DNA of 62,929 nucleotides, filler included, from Sphacelaria rigidula (Eukaryota): assembly GCA_964200075.2 (NCBI GenBank). It is 5 parts of 5 records of this genome, joined end to end, with 100 filler letters (N's around TTAATTAATTAA, not from the genome) between each part and the next. Parts side by side here need not be neighbours in the genome. Positions count along the whole stretch, not along the records: positions 1 to 12,507 come from CAXNAA020003685.1; positions 12,608 to 25,114 come from CAXNAA020003686.1; 3 more parts are not named here. The stretch is one strand, 5' to 3'. Position numbers and translations under genes: made by a program. The notes below the pieces were generated by a model that saw only the letters and a list, made by a program, of their open reading frames with translations, ran no database searches and had not been told where the DNA came from. Positions 11,294 through 21,100 of this stretch are shown here, in pieces (position 1 is the first letter of the stretch; the number at the start of each line of letters is the position of its first letter).

Positions 11294-12507
11294 ATGTACG
11301 ACTCGCAGGAATATGCCATCGTCGATGGTCGTGTTGTTCCTGTACTGGCGCTGGAGATGCCGTACTACGGCCACAAATTTTCGAGCGAGAAATCGGCCGA
11401 GTTTTTACGCAAATACGAGCAACATTTGCGAGATATAGAACAGGTGAACGCGCGGTGGACAAACCTCTTTGAGGTGGCAGCAGTTTCTGAGCTCATGCCG
11501 AAACATATTGTGATATGTCTGTGTGACGCGTTCTTGAAAAAGGATGATGGTGTTGAGGACGAGCAGTTGATTTTCGCGTTGCGCAAGCATGCGCCGTCCG
11601 GTGGAGCTGCTTGCCCTGTGACAGCCGAGAAATATGTGTCTGCCCGAGGGGACAGGTGCGACAGTGCGCTCGCCGAACGTGCAGTAGGTGCTGCGCGTTT
11701 GAAACAAAGATACAGGACAGCTGCTTGCCCTGTGACAGCCGAGAAATATGTGTCTGCCCGAGGGAACAGGCACGACAGTGCACCCGCCGAACGTGCAGTA
11801 GGTGCTGCGCGTTTGAAACAACGATACAGGACAGCTGCTTGCCCTGCGACAGCCGAGAAACATGTGTCTGCCCGAGGGGATAGGCACGATAGTGCACCCG
11901 CCGAACGTGCAGTCGGTAGGGCGCATCTTAAACCACGATGCAGGGCAGCTGTTTCCCCTGTGCAGAGCGGGAAGGAGACGCAGCACGTGTCTGTGAAAAT
12001 GGGTAGGCATGAGAGCGCGCCCGCCGATAGTACCACGGTGAGCATTGGTTTAGATGCTGCTGGTATTGTTGTTGGAGAGGGCGAACATGCCACGCAGCTC
12101 GAGCGGACTGCAGGCAGCTCAGCTACCGCTGTTGCCGTTCAGGAGTGCGCTGCTCAGGAGGTGGCGGCTGAAGCGGGAATATTTGATCCAGCCGCTGATG
12201 CCGCTGCTGTTGGAAGCGCGGAGCCAATTTGCTCCGATGAGCTAGCGCTGAGCGGCAAAGGTCCAGGTTGCTCGTGGCCGCCGGACCAGAGCGTGATTGG
12301 GGACACACCTTGCATACTCACCGCTGCAAGGGGGTGTTATCTTCGTGATGAGAGTGAGCAGAGCAAGCTTGGGTCTTGCGATGCTCAGGGTGAATCTATC
12401 TGCTCCAGTGACATGGCGGGAGATCGTTCAGATAATTCGCAGGGGTGTCTGCTTGAAGGACAGGTGGATGCCGGGTTGGCGGAATTGCGGCCGGAGCAGC
12501 GCGTAGC
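11294..12507 (+). CDS. Gypsy gag-like ORF with internal 38-aa repeats, truncated at contig end
   Basis: The N-terminus (FLRKYEQHL...VSELMPKHI...LIFALRKHA) parallels the gag at 41480-40456 (FYAKYLDNM...IDQLIPTYI...LLDTVKQHA). It lies downstream of the LTR/PBS and is open to the gap. Confidence 0.6.
11606..11947 (+). repeat. Coding tandem repeat, 114 bp (38 aa) x3
   Basis: GCTGCTTGCCCTG unit starts at 11606, 11720 and 11834. Peptide AACPVTAEKYVSARG.R.DSA.AERAVG.A.LK.R.R. Confidence 0.9.
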
Positions 12508-12607
12508 NNNNNNNNNNNNNNNNNNNNNNNNNNNNNNNNNNNNNNNNNNNNTTAATTAATTAANNNNNNNNNNNNNNNNNNNNNNNNNNNNNNNNNNNNN
12601 NNNNNNN
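12508..12607. other. Artificial contig spacer N44-TTAATTAATTAA-N44
   Basis: 100 nt with a six-frame stop linker at 12552-12563. Confidence 0.98.
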
Positions 12608-12921
12608 CATACTGCTTGCTACATCAGGTGTACACCACCTAATGCGCACCCTGCACCTGAAAACATACTAGATGAAACTTTCGGTCTTTGTCATAACCCT
12701 GCAGTTACATACGCGGATTTTCAGCGACACTTCAGTGTTTCGTTTAGACGCCAGACACGTCATTCCTGACCAGCTTCATTGGTCGTTCTGGAGGCCCGGT
12801 CCCAAAAGGGTTAAGGATGGTAGGGGGCTGAGCGTCCCTGGTCCAAAAAGCTCGACATGTCAAGGTTAAGCTTCTCTCGCACGACCACTGTGTTGTACCT
12901 CGGACTCTTGCCAGCGTACCT

Positions 12922-13690
12922 GACAAGGGGGCAACATATCTGTACAGAAAGTAGCAATGCTAGCATATTTCAAGTGCTTACAGTCTGGCAGGCGACAAGG
13001 TGGTTATAGGAGTGTTCTTCTACCGAGATCAACTTATAGTGCGCTGGGGCAGAGTTTGCATGTGAATATTTTGGCGATTGCCCCATGTGCACTTTGCCTA
13101 CGATGTATACGTTTCGGATTTTTTCACGATCTCACCGCGCCAAATTTGATGTGAAATGTACTACGCACTGGGCAAAGAATTCTACAGTGAGTACGTACAC
13201 GATGTTACGAAGTGTACTGGTCACAGTATATAATCTATTGCCTGATGTACTATGTGTAATACTAGTACTTGTAGTCGGTAACTGCACGCTACGTATGGAC
13301 ACCAGCGGGTAAAAATATCCACGATGTGAAATGCCACAGACGGATTTCGCGCCATAGCGGCTGTGTTATCATACAGCGTCGCCCAAGATACGGGCAGCCA
13401 CTACGAGTATAGCGGCGGAGGCGGCGTTTCACTCCTGCGTGCGCCACCTGTTGCAAACGCACGCTTAGCTGCAACACAGGCAGCTGTACAAAATGTGGCG
13501 TAGCGATATAGCGCGTCGCAATGGGTGATCCCGAAATATCCCACGTACACGTTGGCCGCAGCACAAGCGTCTGCATTCATGTTGTGGCGAACTACGTAAG
13601 GCAGCGGGGAATCAGTGCAGCACAGGGATAGGTCAAGATAGGATGCAACATTCTGCGGTGTGCTATGTCACCCTGCACCCTGCCGCTGTG
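12922..13690. repeat. Unclassified interspersed repeat shared with contig 3
   Basis: 12922-13105 ~ 25745-25937 and 13350-13690 ~ 26550-26878, collinear and diverged. Confidence 0.75.
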
Positions 13691-14953
13691 CAGTTATGAC
13701 CGTGAATGGGGCCCGATTTCGGGCACTATATACCGGGAAAATGGACCGACCAACTCCACAGTCAGTTGAATGCGGAAGAAATGAAACCTACACAAGCCAA
13801 TCAGTATCAATCACAAGTACACGCGTTACTTGAAATGACGACGGCGCTCATACAAAATGTGCTATTGCCATAGTACATTCTACACCACATCTGTGGCTGA
13901 CGTTGCTGTACACCTGTAACAACAGGAGGATAGAAGCTGCTGCTCGTGTTGTTGCTGTGCCCTCCTTGCTGCAGTATGCTGTTGTGCTTACCTTTCAACG
14001 CTACTTTCTCGGCAACGACGCAGAGGATTGGACTGGGGTTGATGCGTGTGCTTCTCACATACCAAAACTAGTGAGTTTGAAAAGGTTGCTATACGCGTGT
14101 CGCGGAAGACGCAGCACTTTGCAAACCGCTGCACCAAACACAGAATGTACTACAAAACGCGTTTCCTGCAACGTTCTGGCTTTTCGGATCCGCTGTGGCG
14201 ATTTAGCAACTCCGCTCGTCAAACTCACGACGTCCAGTGTGTGTGCGGGGGGCTGTGAAGTTCCAGAGGCCGGTTTGTTTCCTGTCTCGAGATGGTAGCG
14301 ATGAAAAATTTACAGCTGTCGCATACTAAACCTAGGTGACTTGGGATGGGAGCGTGTGTCATGTTCAGCAGAGGTTCGGCACAGTTTCGGCACAGGCCGG
14401 ACCAGTCTAAGGCGCCTTCATTACGTCTTCAATATCCGTCCGCATTCATTTTGTTTTTTGTAGACAACGGATAATTGGTCGGTAAGGCCTTCATTCACGG
14501 GCATAGCTGTGAGCAGGTGGTACCGCTCAAGGCATCACTGCTGCGGTTGACACAAAGCAACGAACATGGGCAGCAAGCAGTATATTCTATACAGCTGTAT
14601 ACGTTATGTGTGTTTCAAGAGGGATGCGCACGGGGTGGGGCCCGCATCTGGAGAGCCCCGCACCAACTCCGCCCCGTTTGAGCGTGAACAGACATATTTT
14701 AAGCAGCAATCATTTGCGACATGTGCTGTGACGGATCTCGTGCGTTATCCGGCCTTTTTCTCCGTGCGGCATCGCCCGTGAAGCCACTTGCTGAAGCTGA
14801 CACTGCCCACCCCTCTTCCCACGATGACTTCCTCTCTGCAGTGTTACGCCCAGGTTAGTTTAACGTTCGTCACCACCACCCCCAAAACGACACTTGGCGA
14901 CGCAAAATAACTTGGCAGGGCACAACAATGACAATTATGTTGATGCAAAGGTA

Positions 14954-16065
14954 TAGTACTTATCCTCAATTACTCCTCCGTCGAAGTCCGGTTCAATTTC
15001 ATCCAGTACACACACGAACGATCGACGAATGACCGGAAGAAACGCCGACGAAATCTGCACAAGCCCAGAAGCCATTTTCCAACATGGCCGACGTACACGC
15101 GATCGCAGATAACTCGCGCTGCACGACTGGCAGCCCGCTGAAACTCAAGAGGCAAGTAGTCATTGCTGATAGTCATCGTTTAATATCAAACTCGCGCTGA
15201 TTAGTTCTCGGGATCGTGCGTAAATCGCAAAAGATGGAGCTTACTATACATCAACATTTTCATATACGGCAAGGGTACGCGCAGCCGTGACGTCGAGGGC
15301 TGATAGAGATGCATCTTAGCTACACAGAGCAATTTGATTTGTCTTTGCAGCTGCTGCTGTGTATTGAGATATTGCCATCTCGGTGGGGGGTATTGGGGCA
15401 CATGAGATGCGATGGAAAAGCGTATCAGATACTCCGGAGTACAAGGAAAGTCGGTATCCAAAAGAAGCCGGCGGCAATTGCGCCGCGTTTAAGTGTGTTC
15501 GTAGTCGTGAAAATATTCTCCCACCCTCTTGCATGAAAACAACGGCGTTGCCCGTCAGCAGAGAAGATAGTTCAAGCAGGTGCATGCCGTTATAGCTGCG
15601 GTGGCACGCGAAATCGCTAGCGTGCAAACACAAGCATACTGTCGTCAGCGAGGCCGTGACCCCTCCGCGTCCAAGGTCAGTTCTCATCGCAAACAAACAA
15701 CGCAAAACAATACTATACGAGCTGGGCCAGCTGACAGTGATTTGCGAATGTATCGGGCCGAGTGGTCGGAAATCCGAAGCGTTGGGCGCTGAAATATTGA
15801 CACAATTATTCCATCATTACAGCGCACAACCTTCCCGGGGATGCCAAGAAAAAATGAAAATATATGCACTTCGAGCGATTTGAAGTTTCTCCAAAAACTA
15901 GAAAAACGCTGTAACCCCGTGAAATAAATGAATACGTGGGGATCGCTACTATAGTTGTGCGTCCTTCAGTGGAGGAGATCCTGGTGCAATCACGGCCAAA
16001 ACTTCCAGAATTTGGCGAAGCATCCAACTTTTCGTATGGCACGGCTGCGCTCATTGAATCCAAGT
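14954..16065. mobile_element. Terminal ~1.1 kb of the Academ-like element (copy 3)
   Basis: Collinear with 21101-22228. Homology starts sharply at TAGTAC(T/A)TATCCT in both copies. Confidence 0.7.
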
Positions 16066-16116
16066 GCTTGTCATGAAGATGCATATTAGCCTGCTGTCAT
16101 GCCGCTTCACACCCGT

Positions 16117-16327
16117 TGTCGAGTCTGGCTTTCGGTATTTCGCGTATTCCGGTATTCAAGACTGCAGGTCTGTTCAGAGTTGGTCGGGTACGGAGATGAG
16201 CTTGTATATGGTAGAAGATGTTGACAGCTAGATCTGCAGATTAGCAGATCTGGTGCGCCTACCGTCTTACTACCCATCGCTTCCCTACTGCTCTCCAGCA
16301 AGAGAAGTCTAAGCATCGGTGAGACCT
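16117..16327 (+). mobile_element. Putative short LTR (TG...CA, 16117-16315) plus degenerate PBS
   Basis: TGTCGAG...AGTCTAAGCA tc GGTGAGACCT. The 3' end and PBS resemble those at 11120-11151. Confidence 0.45.
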
Positions 16328-16449
16328 ATTGACTGGTTTGGGATTCAATTGATTGATTGGATACTGTGAGTTAGAGACAAGGCAATTAAGGAAAAGTTAA
16401 GAACCATCGCGTGAAAACTCGTCTGACATTTTGATTGCTGAGCCTGTGT

Positions 16450-17280
16450 TCAGCACTGTGTAAGCTGTGACAGCCTGACTGTTGTCCACTTGCTCCGTGA
16501 GCTTGTGCCTTGGGTTGCGAGCTGTGTCCTTGCTATAATAGCGCAACAGCTCTTCATTACATTTGGCGTCGACGGCAGGATCACATAATGGACTGACTCC
16601 GCCGGAGATGTGGCGTCTGGCGCGGCAGGCTCTGTGACGCACGTCTCGAGTGGGATGTGCACCAGGGGAGCAGCGGCGATTCCTAAAATATCGCCGGGTT
16701 CTAAGTAAGCACGATCCGTAAGAGGCAGGAGTTGTTGCCCCGCCGACACAAAATGTTCTGTGTCGGCTGGGGCGCCATTACGGGGTAACATTTCGGCAAA
16801 GTAATGGCCCGTAAATGCTGGCATGTCATTTCGGCGAACTAGTGCAACTTCAAGAAGTTGGGAGTCATCGGAGAGTGTTATACCCACGCTACCATTATAT
16901 CGTAGGTGGTAAGCAGCTCCGTTTACTTGAGGATGGTTCTGATAAGCCAGGGCGCCGTGGAGAGTACCGAAGTGCTCGATGTTGAATTCTCCACGCGGCG
17001 TGGAATGTGGCGTTAGTGGTGGAAGCGTGCGGTAGGTGCGTTGATTAAACCGCATACAGCGATCTCTGCCCAAAAATGTGGCGTGATGCATTGTGCTGTC
17101 AGGGACAATGTATACCCAGACTGCCAGGCTGGCAGATCGAGTGGTGTTGTAAAATAATTGCACACTTAGTCGTACGGATTTACGTGTCGTCAGTGGTGCG
17201 GCAGAATCACCAAAACCGCCCCATACTCGAGGTTTGGTGGTGGTTTCGCAAGCTGCAGTAGCAACGCCAGTCTGTTTCAT
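16450..17280 (-). pseudogene. Gypsy pol fragment (C-terminal half of aspartic protease and linker)
   Basis: VRLSVQLF...VWVYIVP...FLGRD..MRF resembles the retropepsin C-terminal motif. Adjacent to the RT fragment. Confidence 0.55.
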
Positions 17281-17288
17281 GTGTTTTC

Positions 17289-17995
17289 ATGTTGATTTTC
17301 GAACTCGCTTCTGGATTTTTTCAGAATGCTGTACACCCTGACACAGTCCCACTGACGGCTTTTTGTACCTCGTCCGGATTCTATGAGTGGCTTCGGATGC
17401 CACAAGGCGCCGCAACTGCCCCGGGATGCTTTCAACGCTTAATGCAACGCGTCACCGAGGCCTCGAGCACATTATCATGTACCTGGATGACGCCATCGCT
17501 TTCGATGCCTCACCATATTGCACATACCCGCACTCTACGAGAATTTCTCTCTCGCCTACGCACGCACGATTTGGAACTATCTCCATCCAAAGCTCGCCTT
17601 GGTGCGACTGACTTGGAATTTTGGGGCATTCCTTTTCGCCAGCAGGCCTGCATCCGGATACAAACAAAGTTAGGGCGATGACTGATTTGCCGATGCCAAC
17701 CAACATTTCTCAACTTCGCTCATTGTTGGGCGGGCTATCCTACTACCGCAATTACTCAAGACGCTTATCGAAAAGCCAGTACTCTGCTTTGGGAGGCAAT
17801 ACAAGACGGCTCCCGCCTTTCCCAACTCCACGCTGACGCCAGCACAACGGATTTGGAGGAGTTTTAAATCAACCTCAGGTTAATGGCTCCGTCCGACCCA
17901 TCCTCTATATCAGCCGCGCTACCCTGCCCAACGAGGCCAATTGGAGCCCGCTAGAACTGGAAGGTGGAGTAATCACTCGGGCCATGAAGCGCCTA
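17289..17995 (+). pseudogene. Ty3/Gypsy reverse transcriptase-RNase H fragment, frameshifted
   Basis: FELASGFFQ, TAFCTSSGFYEWLRMPQG, MYLDDAI, LRSLLGGLSYYR, DAS, RPILYISRATLPNEANWSPLELE. Confidence 0.9.
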
Positions 17996-18921
17996 GCGGT
18001 TGCTAAGGCGCGGGCTGCAGTAGAAGACAAAGGACGGTCAGGTGTGTCCGTATCGGATAAACCTAAAATGCGGGCCGAAACATCAGCCAATTTAGGAATC
18101 ACTTGCCTGGGGGTCGCCGAACCCGAGGGGGGAAGGTCTGTGCTAGACCGGTTCCAGCCAGTTGCGGAAGAACCGGAAGAGTTACCTCCGGAGTTCTTGC
18201 GGTGCGGTTTGCGAGGCGGGCGGTTCGGTCCAGAACCGCCCGGAGAAGATCCTCCCCCGCCATGGCAGCGGCGTGAATTCCCACCATCGTTGTCGTCGTC
18301 ATCTCGCCTGTGGCGTTTTTCTGGCCCCGGAAATTGGAGCTTGCGGGGGGCCACCCATCTTCATCTTCGTCTCCGTCGATGGTGGCGCCGGAATGAGTGT
18401 TGTAGGCGGCGCGGAGCGCCGCAAAAAGTTGAATGACAGCATCAACATCAGTCTCGTGGTCCGGGTGATCACCGATGGTCGTCTAAAGGATCAGTTGGCC
18501 CAAGGTGAGCACTGATACGCCATCTTTGAGGAAGGCGCCGCCCTGGTCCACGTAAACCCTCACAGCATAAAACATTTGCTGTGAGATGAGGGTCCATGCG
18601 TCGCGGGAGCAATGAAGGTGATTGCGGCGTTGGAAGGGCCCGGTATAGGTGGCGATGGGACGAGAAAGCCACTCTCGTTCGTGGGGCGCCAGTTGCAAGT
18701 CTCGGGCAGAGACGACATTCGCCGCCGAGCTAGCTCTACGAGGTGGCGGTGGTGGAGCCGTTGTGGGGCGGATCCAGCCCAAAAGTGTCACGAAAGAAAT
18801 GGCTATTCAGCGCCTGATGTTTTGGCTCAGGCTGCACGAAGCGCCTCATATTGACGTCTTTGGCGAGAACGAACCCAGGCGTGGGAATTCCCAGCTGCTC
18901 GTTGTGCTCGGCTTCCACCAT
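17996..18921 (-). pseudogene. Decayed ORF of unknown function, divergent partner of 19100-21005
   Basis: Protein-like frames 18921-18790, 18791-18483 (continuing past one stop) and 18354-17996, with an acidic/Gly-rich tail. Cut off by the Gypsy RNase H at ~17995. Confidence 0.4.
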
Positions 18922-19099
18922 TTCGATTTACGTGAAGATTTTACCTCCCCAAACCCTGCACTTTTTTGGGGGGGGGCTATCGTAGAAAGATGCCCACATC
19001 ACACGTCACGGTTGAGCGCAAGTACAAGCGACAAACCTTAATCTTCATGATCGCTGCAACATAAGACTCCCGTACTTCCTCTTGGTATAGGTACTACCC

Positions 19100-21005
19100 A
19101 TGTCGGGTAAACGCTCGAGACAAGATGAACCCCGTGACGATGACGAAGATGAACATCCACCCTTGTCTGACTCCGAAGACGACCAAGTGCAGACTAACCG
19201 ATACGTCGATCCCGACTACGTCGATCCCGACTACGTCGTGCCGGATGAGGCCGTCGGTGATCACCCTCTTGGGGACATGTTCGGGAACAGTGATCACCAT
19301 GATGCCAACCTCTTCTCGCCGGATGCCGATCGCTTTTACTTTATCGGGTCTGGCACTAGCACCTGGGGTGGTGTGGGGCCGCGAAGACGGGACCGTGTCT
19401 TTCTCCGTGGGGTCCCCGCAAACCGACGTCGTGCCTTCATGGATGATTCCGTGCATTCCCCAGATTCCCAACAGTCCGGCATGTTGGGCCCGGACCTGGG
19501 GACCATGAATGTCGACCTCCGCCAGTTTCCATCATGATCGTACAGTGGCGTTTCCGACCTTGATCTGGACTACCAGTTGGTCCATATGCACATAGAATCC
19601 ATAGGCTACTCAGTCTTCGAAGAGGGCTTCGACGAGCTTTGCTGGACCCTACCTCAAATACGGGGAGGGCTGACCGAACTGGGAATAAAAGATGGTGAAC
19701 AACATCTTTCCGTCGCTAGGGGTCCGGGGATCCTGATGGCGACGTACAATCCCTGGCCAAATGGGGAGCCGGCGGACGAAGATCGTCAACGGGACGAACG
19801 TCGCGATCCTCGCAAGTTGATCCTGGATCATTTGCGAACGAATCGGGGTCCTGACTGTTTCCTCAATACAAAAATAGAACTCCTTGTCCGTGCTCCCCAC
19901 ATGATCGCGGCCCCGCACCCTGAGAGATGCCCTGGCTGCTGCTGGTCTGGAGCAGCTGATCTGGCTAAATTGGGGCATGAAGTGCAGGTCGGATGAATAT
20001 CTCAAGATAAGCGAGGCAGCTGTGAAGATGGACACTCGAATGAGCAACGCCCACGGTTACGATAATGACGGGACCGAGTACCGTACTCCGAACAGGTACG
20101 ACATAAGTTGTACCTATCGCGTTCCCTGATACATGGTCTTCGCCAGTGCATACGGATCTATTCCTCGCGACAACACAAAGGTTCGCCGAGGAGCGACCAA
20201 ATTCATTGTATACGGTCAATGTCCAGGTCTCCAGCGGCGGAAGTTTGGCGCCATTCAGTCGAGGAAGGGGGGCCTACGGTCACGCCCACTTGTCTCGAAG
20301 ATCACCGTGTACCCCGTGAACGATCACGTAATTCGGGCTCATGGCAGGTTCCAGTTCAGATCGGCAGAGACAATCGTTGAAACCCGGAAAAACGTCGGCC
20401 GCGTGGTGAACATGACCGACACCATCTACTCGCCCCGAAACGCCCGGGGAATGCGGGCTGCTATGTGCGGCATTCGGGTGGAGGTCAGAGTGACCGCCGT
20501 CACCGCGGAGGAAGCAAGGGATTACGTCCATGCTCGCAACCTCTGTGACCTAGTCACGCTGTTCGAGGAAGCCGGCCATACCAAGAGGTCCCTACAGAGG
20601 GTCCACTAGGTCGTGAAGGGAACCGGCCGGCCCTGCGCGAGTGTTCCCGGTGTCGCTAGTCCCCGTCGACGTTGTCGGCGGGTACACCATGCGGATCACG
20701 GATGCCGCAAGCAAATACCTCGTCGGGACAAACGCGAACGTCACCACCCCCACGCAAAGGCGTGCCCAGAGAGATGTATACGGTGGGGAGAACATTCGCG
20801 AGGTGGCACCGACCAACGTGATATCACCCCGGAGTACGGATTCTGGATATACGGGATCGAACTCGTTGAAAACCCAAACCTCCCGATCCCCCGGGAGGAC
20901 AGCGGCTCTCCGGGAAACGAGCAAGACGGCGCTGGGAGGAGGAACGGTGGGGGGGGTGGTGGAGGTGGAGGGGGTGGGGGGAGGGAGGTGCCGGCCCCGG
21001 TTTAG
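19100..21005 (+). pseudogene. Decayed ~600-aa ORF of an unclassified element; weak Rep_trans-like motif series
   Basis: 19100-19537 and 19577-19996 are in frame across one TGA. A +1 frame from ~19920 reads WLNWGMK...RYDISCTYRVP*YMVF...KFGAIQS...KITVYP...GIRVEVRV. Further frameshifted pieces run to ~21005. Confidence 0.5.
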
Positions 21006-21100
21006 TGTCACGTTCTTCACCACCACCCCCAAAATGAAGACGCGACGGAGTCTAAGAAGTGTACAGAAGGTTATATCGCAACTAAAGTAGTACACAGCTG

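Noticed and set aside
11606-11947. CRISPR-like array (also considered for 28628-28840 and 31887-32046)
   Set aside because: Whole-unit tandem repeats without unique constant-length spacers, in a eukaryotic context with no cas genes.
12552-12563. TTAATTAATTAA as a biological motif (for example a piggyBac TTAA site)
   Set aside because: Identical in all four gaps and centred in Ns, so it is an assembly linker.
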